From positions 1,632,001 to 1,696,000 of the forward strand of contig OZ241875.1 of assembly GCA_965203325.1 (NCBI GenBank): a stretch of 64,000 nt of DNA. Reading direction: 5' to 3'. A program made the translations under genes and the position numbers. The notes under the pieces were generated by a model. That model had not been told where the DNA came from. It saw only the letters and a list, made by a program, of their open reading frames with translations, and made no database searches. Each line of letters begins with the position of its first letter. The first letter of the stretch is position 1. Source of the stretch: a bacterium (GTDB lineage: Bacteria; UBA8248). Shown piece after piece: positions 12,820-23,269 of the stretch.

Positions 12820-14263
12820 GCCGACGGGATTTGTGGAATTCGGAAGGGAAGCGCCCAAGACGAGGCCCGTGGAAGAGCGCGTCCACGACTGGGACGTCGT
12901 CTATCTCCCCACGCCGCACGAGACGCTCAAGCAGCAAGGTGCGCGGTGTATGGACTGCGGCATTCCCTTCTGCCATGAGGGATGCCCGCTGGGCAATCTG
13001 ATCCCCGACTGGAACGATCTGGTCTACCGCGATTTGTGGAAAGACGCCATCGACCGGCTCCACGCGACGAACAATTTCCCCGAGTTCACGGGCTGGCTCT
13101 GTCCGGCGCCGTGCGAGGATTCCTGCGTTCTGACGATCAACGACTCCCCGGTGACCATTAAGGAGATCGAAAAATCCGTCATCGAGCACGCCTTCGAACA
13201 GGGCTGGGTGGAGGCGACACCGCCTGCGGTGCGCACCGGCAAGAAAGCCGCCGTCGTCGGTTCGGGACCGGCGGGGCTGGCCGCCGCCCAGCAACTCAAC
13301 TGGGCGGGCCACCTGGTCACCGTGTTCGAGCGCGACGACAAGCTCGGCGGACTCATGCGCTACGGGATACCGGACTTCAAGATGGACAAGACGTATATCG
13401 ACCGCCGCACGCAGCAGATGGAAGAAGAGGGCGTGGCGTTCCGCGTGAACGCGAACGTGGGCGTCGACCCCAAGGTCTCAGAACTCCAGGAAGAATTCGA
13501 CGCCATCGTGCTGGCCGCAGGCGCTCTCCAACACAGGGATCTGCAGATTCCGGGCCGCGAGATGGACGGCATCCACTTCGGCATGCGCTACCTCACCATG
13601 CAGAACCGGAGGCTCGCGGGCGAGGACATTCCGGATGAGGATTTCATCACCGCGAAGGACAAGCACGTGGTCGTCATCGGCGGCGGCGATACGGGTGCGG
13701 ACTGCGTGGGCACCGCGCACAGGCAGGGGGCGAAAACCGTCCGGCAGTTCCAGTACCACCCGCGCCCGCCGGACAAGCGGGACCCGCTGAACGACCCCTG
13801 GCCGAACTACGCGAACATCTTCCGCACCGCGCCCATGTACGAAGAGGGCGGAGAGCGCATCTTCCAGATCCAGACCCGCCAGTTCCTGGGCGAAAACGGC
13901 CAAGTCAAGAAAATCGACACCGTAAAGGTGAACGAATCCCACGACGAGGACGGAAGAATCGTCTTCACCGAGATTCCGGGCACGGAAGAGGAAATCGACG
14001 CGGACCTCGTTCTCCTGGCGATCGGCTTCCAGGGTCCCGACTGCCACCCGCTTCTCGATGAACTGGCGCTTGAGCGCACCGGGCGCGGCGCGGTGAGCCG
14101 CGATGAAAAGTGGATGACGAGCGCGCCCGGCGTCTTCGTGGCGGGCGACATGATGCGCGGCGCATCCCTCGTGGTATGGGCGATTGCCGATGGCCGCTCC
14201 TGCGCCCGCGCCGTGGACGAATACCTGATGGGAGAATCCCAACTCCCCGCCCCGCTGGAATAG
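12812..14263 (+). CDS. gltD: Glutamate synthase small subunit
   Basis: [16 protein letters not shown] and GGGDTG motifs; overlaps the gltB end. Confidence 0.97.
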
Positions 14264-14353
14264 CAAACACGGACGCTACCACTCCACCAAGCCTCTTCTC
14301 GCAACCCCATCACCAAGGCGAGCAAAAAGTTTTTGAACGTACAGACAAAAGAG

Positions 14354-14382
14354 TTGACACGCCTAGTATTTCAGTTTATTGT
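14354..14382 (+). promoter_or_regulatory. Sigma70-type promoter for the repeat protein
   Basis: TTGACA-N17-TATTGT about 50 nt upstream of ATG 14431. Confidence 0.55.
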
Positions 14383-14430
14383 TGTTGCTATGCGAATGTA
14401 ATGCGAACGTTACGCGAACGGAGTGTAACC

Positions 14431-14982
14431 ATGACTCAAGAAATCCTCACCGCCATCGCTAGGCTGGACAAGAAAACGACTGCCGCAATCACGAAACTCG
14501 ATGAAAAAACAGCCGCCGCCATCGCCAAGCTGGACGAAAAAACGATTGCCGCCATTACGAAACTTGACGAAAAAACGACCACCGCTATCGCCAATCTGGA
14601 CAAGAAAACGACAGCTGCCATCTCGAAACTCGACGAAAAGACAACTACCGCTATCGCCAACCTGGACAAGAAAACGACAGCTGCCATCTCGAAACTCGAC
14701 GAAAAGACAACCGCCGCCATCGCCAAGCTGGACGAAAAAACGATTGCCGCCATCTCGAAACTTGACGAAAAGACAACTACCGCTATCGCCAACCTGGATG
14801 AGAAAACAACCAAAGCCCTTACGGAAGTCAGGAGCGAAATCACCACTTTCAGAAAAGAAGTAGACCAAAGGTTCGATACACTCGAATCAGAGATGGGTGA
14901 GGGATTCGAACTTCTCGACGGCCGCATGGTGAGTCTGGAGGCGAAAGTAGAGGCTTTGAGAGAAAACAAGGAGTGGGAGTAA
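14431..14982 (+). CDS. Hendecad (11-aa) tandem-repeat coiled-coil protein
   Basis: GGAG RBS; 11 copies of (A/T)AI(A/S/T)(K/N)LD(E/K)KT(T/A/I), then a heptad-like C-terminus. Confidence 0.8.
   Translation: MTQEILTAIARLDKKTTAAITKLDEKTAAAIAKLDEKTIAAITKLDEKTTTAIANLDKKTTAAISKLDEKTTTAIANLDKKTTAAISKLDEKTTAAIAKLDEKTIAAISKLDEKTTTAIANLDEKTTKALTEVRSEITTFRKEVDQRFDTLESEMGEGFELLDGRMVSLEAKVEALRENKEWE
14449..14811 (+). repeat. 33-bp coding tandem repeat, 11 units
   Basis: Units such as GCCGCCATCGCCAAGCTGGACGAAAAAACGATT recur, with near-identical 66-bp higher-order blocks. Confidence 0.9.
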
Positions 14983-15178
14983 GCAGCATATAAGCAAATC
15001 TTCTTCAGCAAACAGCTTTCTCTCGAGAAGCTCTAAACCCATGACTTCCCGATCGATGCCAAATGCTTTATCCATTCAAGTCCGGGTTGCGTGACAGGGG
15101 AGGCAAAAACCTCCCCGTCCTTTTAGATCGCTACCAATGATAAAGAGCGTACCCTAATCTCAGAAAAACCGAACAGTT

Positions 15179-16183
15179 TTATTTCGCCAGCACCTTGTTC
15201 TTGATGGGCCGTATGTCGAAAACCTCAGGCTTGTTCGTGTCCACCTTCACCTTGACGGCGTGCATGTGCTTTGCGCCGAAGACCTGGAGGGCGACGACGT
15301 TCGGCGCCTTTTTCGGGAACGGACGCGTGATCCGGTATTTGTGGCTGTCGCCATAGATCAGCAGGACCGGCTTTTTGAACGCGGCGGCCTTTTCGAGCAG
15401 CGCATCGCCGAACCGCTTGAAGCCCGATGCGCCCGAGAACGCCTCTTTTTTCGCTCTGAAGAATCCCGGCTTGAACATGTCGGCGTGGATCGCGAGCACG
15501 AGCGCCTTTGCCTTCATGGCGATGGCCCCCTCGAAGCCCGCTTTCAGCCAGGCGACGTTCGCCTTATCGCGGGCGAAGAACTCCTGGACGGCGCGCCTGT
15601 CCCGCACCTCGAAATTGTTGTTCGAACCCACGACGTGCGCCGCCACGAAATGAACGCCCTCTTTCACGAAGCGCGCATTTTCGGGATAGCCGGCGAATTC
15701 CTTCATGGCGTCGGATTGGCGTTCGAGCTTCATGGGAGCCTTGCCGAGTGATTGCGGGCCGCGTGAGAAGTAGTGCTTCCGCAAGAAGGCGAGCCTCTCG
15801 ATAGGATCGAAACGGCCGGCCTTCTTGCGGTGGCAATCCGTCCATTCGTTGTCGCCGGGCGTGTAGACGAGCGGGGCGTCGAAAGAGTTCATGAAACCGA
15901 GCTGGTCGAGCAACATCTTGTCCGAACAGGGCGTGGAGCCCGACTTGGTGTCCCCGATGTGAATGGTGAAGGCGGGTTTCAGCGCGTTCACTTGGCCGAT
16001 CAGCGTCTTGAACGGTGCGTAGACCTTCGCGGGCTTCCCGTATGGCATGTCGCCCAGGGCCACGAAGGTGAAGGGCTGATCGGCCGAGGCTGCGCCCGCC
16101 GTCAGCACGCATAGTGTCAACGCGCCGAGCAGCGCGCCCAAACATTTGCGCAAGAATGAAGCGGAATTTTTCATCGGACCCAT
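15179..16183 (-). CDS. Secreted calcineurin-like metallophosphoesterase
   Basis: Signal peptide; GDMPY, HIGD, PGDNEW and GDSH motifs. Confidence 0.85.
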   Translation of the reverse strand: MGPMKNSASFLRKCLGALLGALTLCVLTAGAASADQPFTFVALGDMPYGKPAKVYAPFKTLIGQVNALKPAFTIHIGDTKSGSTPCSDKMLLDQLGFMNSFDAPLVYTPGDNEWTDCHRKKAGRFDPIERLAFLRKHYFSRGPQSLGKAPMKLERQSDAMKEFAGYPENARFVKEGVHFVAAHVVGSNNNFEVRDRRAVQEFFARDKANVAWLKAGFEGAIAMKAKALVLAIHADMFKPGFFRAKKEAFSGASGFKRFGDALLEKAAAFKKPVLLIYGDSHKYRITRPFPKKAPNVVALQVFGAKHMHAVKVKVDTNKPEVFDIRPIKNKVLAK

Positions 16184-16409
16184 CCCATCCACCTCCTATG
16201 GATTGCAAGAAAGATTGGCATCTCCCGATACGAAAGGAGACGCCTGCCAACAACTGGAAAAACAGCCATGCCGAAGTCCGGGTTTTCGCTCGTAGCTCCC
16301 TACGGGATGGAATATAGAGAAGATTTCCAGGAGAGGTGTTACAAACAGGTGGCGGTTCCATGATTTTTCGCTAAAACAGGGGCGGATGAACCGCGCGCCG
16401 CTCAAAAAC

Positions 16410-17300
16410 CTACCTGCGCCAGCCCAGCCTGTCCGCGATGCGCAGGATGATGTCCGATCGGTTGAGGGCGTAGACGTGAAAATGGTTGACGCCCAGTTCC
16501 ATCAACTCCCAAATCTGGAACGCCGCCAGATCGGCCGAGCTTTCCTGAAAGGCCTCGGGGTCATCCTCGTAGGGCGCCAACGCATCGACGACGCTTTTGG
16601 GCACGCTCGCCCCGCATTTTTCCGCGAAACGCTGGACCTGGCCGAGGTCGCGCACGGGCAGGATGCCCGGCGACACGGGAACCGGGACGCCCCGAATCGC
16701 CGTCTGCTCCCGGAACCGCTCCCAGACGCTCGCCTCGAAGAAGAACTGCGAAATCGCGTAGCTGGCCCCTTCGTCGACCTTGCGGATGAAGTGATCCATA
16801 TCCGCGTTCTTGTCGGGCGTTTCGGGGTGGCCCTCGGGGTAGCAGGCCACGCCGATGGAGTGGAGCCAGTCGAAGTTACAGAGCCACCGCACGAGGTCGG
16901 CGGCGTAGCGGAACCCGCCGGCCACGGCCTCATCGTGCGTCATGCCTTCCGGGATGTCGCCGCGAAGCGCCAGGATGTCGTACACCCGGTTATCCCCATA
17001 AACGTCCAACAGGCGTGAGAGTTCCGCTTCATTCGCGCCCACGCAGGTGAGGTGCGCCACGACGCGGCGCGGATAGCGCCTCGCCAGCTCCAGCACCAAC
17101 TCGAGCGTGCCCTCCTGCGTGGAGCCGCCCGCTCCGTAGGTCACCGAGGTGAAGGCGACGTCCATCGCGTCGTGAATCGCCTCCACCTCGCGCAGGGTGC
17201 GCTCCACCGCCTTGCGCCCCTTGGGCGGGTAGAGCTCGATGGAGACGCTCACTCCATCGGAGACGATGCCATCGATGACGGCGGACAACCCGTTCACCAC
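16410..17300 (-). CDS. metF: Methylenetetrahydrofolate reductase
   Basis: SIELYPPK, SVTYGAGG, AHLTC, LALRGD, YPEGHPE and SQFFF motifs. Confidence 0.93.
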   Translation of the reverse strand: MVNGLSAVIDGIVSDGVSVSIELYPPKGRKAVERTLREVEAIHDAMDVAFTSVTYGAGGSTQEGTLELVLELARRYPRRVVAHLTCVGANEAELSRLLDVYGDNRVYDILALRGDIPEGMTHDEAVAGGFRYAADLVRWLCNFDWLHSIGVACYPEGHPETPDKNADMDHFIRKVDEGASYAISQFFFEASVWERFREQTAIRGVPVPVSPGILPVRDLGQVQRFAEKCGASVPKSVVDALAPYEDDPEAFQESSADLAAFQIWELMELGVNHFHVYALNRSDIILRIADRLGWRR

Positions 17301-17342
17301 TTCCCTCCTCCCTCAGACGGACGCCGGAAGAATGAGAAACGC

Positions 17343-17378
17343 AAAAAAACGGGCGCGGGGCATGTTCACCCCGCGCCC
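17343..17378 (-). terminator. Rho-independent terminator after the sod-peroxiredoxin pair
   Basis: Minus strand GGGCGCGGGG-loop-CCCCGCGCCC followed by G and T7. Confidence 0.8.
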
Positions 17379-17403
17379 AGGAACATCAGGTGCAAAGACC
17401 GGC

Positions 17404-17868
17404 CTAGCCCAGACCCTCGATTGCCGCGAAGAGCTTATCGTCGTCGGGCTTCTCAGGCGGAGCGGACGTCACCTCCATGTAGGCGACGTTCCCGTCCTTG
17501 TTGACGAGAATCACCGCGCGGTTGCTGAAGCCCTTGTCGTTCAAGAGCCCATAGGCCGCGCACGTTCCCTTGCCGAAGAAATCGCTCAGCAGCGGGAATT
17601 CGATGCCGTATTTCTCGGCCCAGGCGGCGTGCGCGAACGGGCTGTCCACGCTGATGCCGATGACCTCGCAGTCGGCATTGTCGAACTTCGCCTTCTCCGC
17701 CTGATAGGCGGGCAGCTGCTCGCTGCACACGGAGGAGAAATCGAACGGGTAGAAGCAAAGCAGCACGTTCTTCTTGCCCCGGTAATCGCTCAGCTTGATC
17801 GTGTCGCCCTCGGCGAGGGTTCTCGGCAGCTCGAAATCGGGAGCCGCATCACCTACGCTCAGTGCCAT
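17404..17868 (-). CDS. Peroxiredoxin (AhpE-like, AhpC/TSA family)
   Basis: [16 protein letters not shown] peroxidatic motif, GISVDS, FPLLSDF. Confidence 0.9.
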   Translation of the reverse strand: MALSVGDAAPDFELPRTLAEGDTIKLSDYRGKKNVLLCFYPFDFSSVCSEQLPAYQAEKAKFDNADCEVIGISVDSPFAHAAWAEKYGIEFPLLSDFFGKGTCAAYGLLNDKGFSNRAVILVNKDGNVAYMEVTSAPPEKPDDDKLFAAIEGLG

Positions 17869-17880
17869 GAGACAACCCTC

Positions 17881-18468
<588 letters not shown>

Positions 18469-18714
18469 TTCGTTTTCTCCTTGATGGGAATGGAATGTTC
18501 CGATTCAGGTGGTAAATATCAAACCCCGAGGCCACGGCCCCGAAAAATTATCCAAAACCGCCGGATCGCGTGAACGGCGATAAGAGACGATGCGGATGGG
18601 TTTTCCGTGTTGAGTAAAATCGTATCTCTGCCCTGATTCACAAGCGCGCGTATTCTACTTTCAGGGATCGTCCGCGTCAAACCGCATCCTGAGCGGGAAC
18701 GGCCCGTCTTTCGC

Positions 18715-19614
18715 CTATTCCGGCGCGTCCATCTTCTGGATTTCGTCGAAATCGCGGTAGAGAAGCGTCAGGTCCTCCTCGATCATCCCCCGCTCGACAG
18801 CCTTCCTCAAGAACGAGAGCGTACCCTCGGCGAGCTGGATGTCAGCACCTCTCTTTCGCCCGATGCCGACGGCGAGGCCGACGTCTTTTTGCAGGTTGTA
18901 GATGCGGGCCTGCCCGTTCCAGGTGCCCGAGAGGATGTTGTTCGGAAAACGGTGGCGGCTCGCGTAGCTGTAGGCCGTCGACGCGTTGAAGATGTCAATC
19001 ATGTCCTCGACCCGCATCCCGAGCCGCTCGACGAGGCGCGCGCCCTCGCAGGTCGCCAGGAACATGGTGTGGAGCACCATGTTGTGGATGAGCTTCATGG
19101 TGTGGCCCGAACCCAGCGCGCCCAGATGGAAGACGTGGTCGACGAAGGGTTTCAGGTATCGCCTCGTGCGCTTCAAGAGTTTCTCGTCCCCTCCGATCAT
19201 CAAGGTCAGCCTGCCCTCCAGAATGTTGCCGGGCCCGCCGCTCATGCCGGCGTCGAGATAGCCCAGCCCCGCGCGCTCGGCGCGCTTCGCGAGACGCTTC
19301 GTCTTCGCCGGGTCGGACGTCGTGAGGTCGTAGACGACGAGGCCTTTTTTCGGGTTTTTGAGCAGGCCGTCCTTTCCCCGAAAACACGCGGCTATCTCAC
19401 TTGAGGAAGGCACGACGAAGAAGACGACCGCGCAGGATTCCCCTATCTCGCGCGGCGTGGCGATGACGACGCCCTCGGTTTCCTCGAAGAGCCTCCGCCT
19501 ATCTTCTGCGACATCCCAGACCATCAGGGGCATCTTCGCTTGTAAGAACCTTTGCGCCACGGGATTCCCCATGCGGCCCAGGCCGATGACGCCCACGCCC
19601 TTTCGTTTCGCCAT
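18715..19614 (-). CDS. NAD(P)-dependent oxidoreductase, 3-hydroxyisobutyrate dehydrogenase family
   Basis: IGLGRMG, LDAGMSGG and G.GHTMKLIHN motifs. Confidence 0.9.
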   Translation of the reverse strand: MAKRKGVGVIGLGRMGNPVAQRFLQAKMPLMVWDVAEDRRRLFEETEGVVIATPREIGESCAVVFFVVPSSSEIAACFRGKDGLLKNPKKGLVVYDLTTSDPAKTKRLAKRAERAGLGYLDAGMSGGPGNILEGRLTLMIGGDEKLLKRTRRYLKPFVDHVFHLGALGSGHTMKLIHNMVLHTMFLATCEGARLVERLGMRVEDMIDIFNASTAYSYASRHRFPNNILSGTWNGQARIYNLQKDVGLAVGIGRKRGADIQLAEGTLSFLRKAVERGMIEEDLTLLYRDFDEIQKMDAPE

Positions 19615-19652
19615 GCAACACCTCGGATGGATGAACCGGAAATGAATTCTGC

Positions 19653-19729
19653 TGGAGCCGACGACCGGACTTGAACCGGTGACCTGCTGATTACGAATCA
19701 GCTGCTCTACCTGTCTGAGCTACGTCGGC
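19653..19729 (-). tRNA. tRNA-Thr(CGT)
   Basis: Reverse complement GCCGACGTAGCTCAG...CTGATT-CGT-AATCAG...GGTTCAAGTCC...GTCGGCTCCA; full cloverleaf with CCA. Confidence 0.97.
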
Positions 19730-19912
19730 AAGAAGGAGTATGCAACCCTGGTGAGGCTCGCGTTCCCCATGAGGGAGGTATTGAACACACCGCCCCCGCC
19801 TTCGTCAAGCCGAAAGAGGTCCGGGCCACCCGAAACGCAAGATTCGTAGCCGCCCGCGTTTGACTCCACGGCTTGACTTACAGGCCCGTGCGTCGTAAAT
19901 CTCTTTTCTCTT

Positions 19913-19985
<73 letters not shown>

Positions 19986-20143
19986 CTACAAACCACCCCG
20001 AATCCGTTCGGGTTTCATACTATTTCTCACAGGAACGCCCGGACTACGTCTCGTGCGGGAATGCGGCCCGCCCCCGGAGGGGGCCGGTTCGCGCGCCGGG
20101 TCACCCACGGCCCGCTCCCGGATCACCAATATGGAGACCGAAG

Positions 20144-20533
20144 ATGGACGACGCCGAGAAAAAGGCCCTGATCGAGAAGACCGTCGCCGACCGCGGCTGG
20201 GTGCTGCCCGAGCAGGAGTTCTACATCAACAAAGACCCCGAATACCACGTGCGCCAAAGCGCGCTCTATAACCACGTCATCAAGCGCGAGGGGGCGCTCT
20301 CTGAAAAGATGCGCGAGCTCATCATTATCACCGCCCTTTGCGTGCGCCTCCCCGGCACGGAGGTGGAAACCTACGTCAAAAACCACATCCGCCGCGCGCT
20401 GGACCTGGGCGCCACTGAGGATGAGATATTCGAGGCCGTGCAATGCCTGATCTTCCCGGCAGGCGGCCCCTCGCTGATGATGGGCATCAAGTGCCTGCGC
20501 GCCGTCCTGGAAGAGCGCGGACTTTTAGATTGA
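20144..20533 (+). CDS. Carboxymuconolactone decarboxylase (CMD/AhpD-like) family protein
   Basis: GALSEKMRELI...HIRRALDLGATEDEIFEA...AGGP; no CxxC. Confidence 0.85.
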   Translation: MDDAEKKALIEKTVADRGWVLPEQEFYINKDPEYHVRQSALYNHVIKREGALSEKMRELIIITALCVRLPGTEVETYVKNHIRRALDLGATEDEIFEAVQCLIFPAGGPSLMMGIKCLRAVLEERGLLD

Positions 20534-20562
20534 TTTTTCGAGATAGTCATAGGGGACACCGC

Positions 20563-21300
20563 ATGGACAGAAGCATCTGGGCGACCTGGTACGATCTGCC
20601 GAAAGAAGACGAGGCCGAATACAACGACTGGCTCCACCACACCCACATCAAGGACGCGCTCAAGCGTCCCGGCTACATGTGGGCGGCCCACTATGAACTC
20701 GTGGACAGGGAATCGCCCAAATCGAAGAAAAAGGACCATTTGGCCTACACGGACGACCCCTCGATCCCGGGCGGCACGGAGTTTCTGCTGCTCTTCGGGG
20801 GCACGAGTGCTGAGGTGTTCCTGAGCCCCAACCCGGCGCAGCTTGCGGAGACCTATTCCGATGAGACGAAGGCGATGATCGGTAAGCGAATCGGCGAGCG
20901 CACGGGCATCTTCACCGAGGTGGACCGGGTGAACGGCCCCGCCGCCGCTACCCGCGCTCTCGGAGGCGTGCCCGCGCCAATCGTCCAGATGGGAACCTTC
21001 AACTGCTTCACGCCCGAGGATGATTTCGACTTGAGTTCGTGGTACGCGCAGGACCGCCTGCCCGCAATGAAGTACATGCGCGGCTGCGTGGGCACGCGCA
21101 AGCTCGTCTCGGTGGCGGGATGGGCGAAACACTCCATCTTCTATGAGTTCTCCTCGCTGGAGATGGTCCTCGAGCACTTCCCGCGCGCGGACAAGCTCTT
21201 CCCCGGCGAGAACGACTGGTCGTACCACGTATGCCAGCGCCTGCTCCACGCACCTGGCTCGCCCACGCGCGGCAAGCGCATCTGGCCGCCCGTGGAATAA
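20563..21300 (+). CDS. Hypothetical protein with tandem dimeric alpha/beta-barrel (EthD/DUF4286-like) domains
   Basis: EAEYNDWLHHTHI....RPG and a second WYAQDRLP....RG repeat; start reassigned to ATG 20563. Confidence 0.65.
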   Translation: MDRSIWATWYDLPKEDEAEYNDWLHHTHIKDALKRPGYMWAAHYELVDRESPKSKKKDHLAYTDDPSIPGGTEFLLLFGGTSAEVFLSPNPAQLAETYSDETKAMIGKRIGERTGIFTEVDRVNGPAAATRALGGVPAPIVQMGTFNCFTPEDDFDLSSWYAQDRLPAMKYMRGCVGTRKLVSVAGWAKHSIFYEFSSLEMVLEHFPRADKLFPGENDWSYHVCQRLLHAPGSPTRGKRIWPPVE

Positions 21301-21316
21301 AGCGGAGGACGCGCGC

Positions 21317-22006
21317 ATGAACTACATGAAGCCGATACCGGTCGAGGAGGCCGAAGGCGAAGCCGCGAAACTCTTCCAAGGCGTGACGAAAATGCTCGGG
21401 CGCGTGGCGAATTCCTTCGCCGTCATGGCCTATCAGCCCCACGTCGCCAAGGTCATCCTGCCGCTCACCGTCACCCTCATGCGCGAGGGGCTGGGCACGG
21501 TGCTGCCCACCAAGATCAAGGAAATCGCCGTCATCAAGACGAGCCACCTGAACGGGTGCGACTACTGACTCGGACACAACACGGCGCTCGGTCGAGACGC
21601 CGGGGTGACGGAAGCGCAGGTGCAGGAAATCTGCTCGGACGCCTATATGGATTCAAAGACGATGAGCGCGCGGGAGAAGGCCGCCGTCCTGTGGGCGGAG
21701 CACGTAACGCTGAACACCGCCAAGACGCGCGACGACGTGTTCGAGGAGGTGCGGCGTCACTACGACGACCGCGAATTCGTCGAACTCACGATGGTCATCA
21801 CCTACTTCAACATGAGAAACCGCTTCCAGGACGCCCTGCGCATCCCGCTCGATGAGCCGAAAACGATATCGGGCATCACCATCGGGCGCAGGCAGGACCC
21901 CGAGAACCTGAAAGCCTATCTCGCGGACGTGGTGGAGGGGTGGCCCGAGAGCTTTCCGGGGCCAGTGTCTGAGGATGGAGGTGTTGAGAAACCTTCGATT
22001 TCGTGA
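21317..22006 (+). CDS. AhpD-like/CMD-family protein, probable selenoprotein (CxxU)
   Basis: ORFs 21143-21568 and 21605-22006 share a frame and are separated only by TGA 21566-21568 in ...TSHLNGCDY-U-LGHNTALGRDAG, the AhpD CxxC..H position; GGAGG RBS before ATG 21317. Confidence 0.85.
21569..21608 (+). promoter_or_regulatory. Putative bacterial SECIS element
   Basis: CGGCG-CTC-[GGTC]-GAG-A-CGCCG hairpin (21582-21602) with a G-first apical loop about 22 nt after the UGA. Confidence 0.7.
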
Positions 22007-22055
22007 TTCGGCGTATGTAGCAGACCGGGGAAGGAGGAAACTTCACTCTCCTCTT

Positions 22056-22361
22056 GGGGTTGTTGGAAAAGGCCACATTTCAGGGGTAGAAGAGAAGTCC
22101 CTCTCGAATGGAAAAGCAACCCCCCCTACCCCCCCTTGTCAGGGGGGTATAAAAAAACGATGCGCCCCTGCCGGGCTGAGGGGGCTTTGTTATTTCTTGC
22201 CCCTGGCGAGGGGGGTATGAAAAGGCGACGCCCGCCGCCGGTAGAGAGGGGTTTGCTTTTTCTTGTCCCCCTGACAAGGGGGGGTAGGGGGGGGTTGCCT
22301 TATGGGGTTTCCCTTTCAAGGGGGTTGCCATTACCCTCTCATGGGCTTTTTCAACAGCCCC
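22056..22361. mobile_element. MITE-like element with nested palindrome, copy 2
   Basis: TIRs GGGGTTGTTGGAAAAGGCCA / TGGGCTTTTTCAACAGCCCC (17/20 match); internal ~30-bp IR GCAAC6TAC7TTGTCAGGGGG at 22116-22298. Confidence 0.75.
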
Positions 22362-22392
22362 GGAATAAAGAGAATTCAGGAGGCCGTCAGCC

Positions 22393-22836
22393 ATGAGCGA
22401 AAAGCCCGATTTCGTCTGGGAGAACCTGGAAGTCGGCATGACGATCGGCGAGCGCAGCCTCAAGGTGACGCAAGCGATGGTGGATGCGCACTGCGACGCC
22501 GTGGGCGCGCGGCGGGAGTGGTATACGGGCGAATCTCCCTTTGGCTGCGCCATCGCGCCGCCCATGATCTTCATCAACGACCTGCTCGCCATCTACGATG
22601 CGAACTACAAGCGCTTCGGCACCATCCACGCCAAGCTCGGCTACCGCTTCCACAAGCCCGTGCGCGTCGGCGAAACGGTGCGCCAGAAAGTCACGGTGAA
22701 GGATTTGTACGTGAAGCGCGAGAAGGGCTGGATCGTGAGCGAGCTCGCCGTAACGAACGAGGCGGGGGAGTTGCTGCTCACCTCCTCGCACACTTCCGTC
22801 CTGAGCCTCACGAGAAGGCACGAAAAAGATGACTGA
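22393..22836 (+). CDS. MaoC/hotdog-fold dehydratase-like subunit
   Basis: ESPFG..IAPP and IHAK..YRFHKPVRVGE motifs. Confidence 0.8.
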   Translation: MSEKPDFVWENLEVGMTIGERSLKVTQAMVDAHCDAVGARREWYTGESPFGCAIAPPMIFINDLLAIYDANYKRFGTIHAKLGYRFHKPVRVGETVRQKVTVKDLYVKREKGWIVSELAVTNEAGELLLTSSHTSVLSLTRRHEKDD

Positions 22837-23260
22837 TACGCTGCCCGAAAACCTGGAACCAGGAGACGCCCTCCCCGAGCGGACGCACGAGGTGGACTGG
22901 GAGGACATCCTCAAATTCAACCGCTACGTCACAGGCGGCGTGGATACCAGGAACATCCACACGGACGATGAGGTGGCCAGAAAGGCGGGCCTTCCCCGGG
23001 CGGTGGCGACGGGCCGCCACCCGGTGTCGTTCATCACCGAGCTCATGGTCGATCACTTAGGCTTCGGCTTCATCACGGGCGGTGAGATCGATGTATCCTT
23101 CGTCAAGCCCATATTCCCGGGGGACGTTCTGACGCTTCAGGCCGTGCTCAAGGAGAAAACGCTCGACCAAGGCGCCACACGTTATCTCTTCGACGTATCG
23201 CTCACGAACCAGGGCGGCGCAGCCGTAACGGTCGGCACTGCCGGCGCCCGACTCGCCTAA
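22829..23260 (+). CDS. MaoC-family dehydratase
   Basis: NIHTDDEVARKAGL...VATG and FVKPIFPGD motifs. Confidence 0.85.
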   Translation: MTDTLPENLEPGDALPERTHEVDWEDILKFNRYVTGGVDTRNIHTDDEVARKAGLPRAVATGRHPVSFITELMVDHLGFGFITGGEIDVSFVKPIFPGDVLTLQAVLKEKTLDQGATRYLFDVSLTNQGGAAVTVGTAGARLA

Positions 23261-23269
23261 GACCCACGC

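Noticed and set aside
14449..14811. 33-bp repeats as a CRISPR array
   Set aside because: The repeats are contiguous with no unique spacers, preserve a reading frame, and no cas genes are present
17300..17400. SAM/SAH riboswitch upstream of metF
   Set aside because: The short intergenic region holds only the terminator hairpin and an RBS; no aptamer consensus seen
19730..19912. ncRNA between the two tRNAs
   Set aside because: No recognisable family structure; the region is adequately explained by divergent promoters (TTGACG and TTGACT boxes)
21143..22006. Two separate small genes or a pseudogene
   Set aside because: The TGA sits exactly at the catalytic Cys position with a SECIS-like hairpin, and the second ORF lacks a convincing RBS
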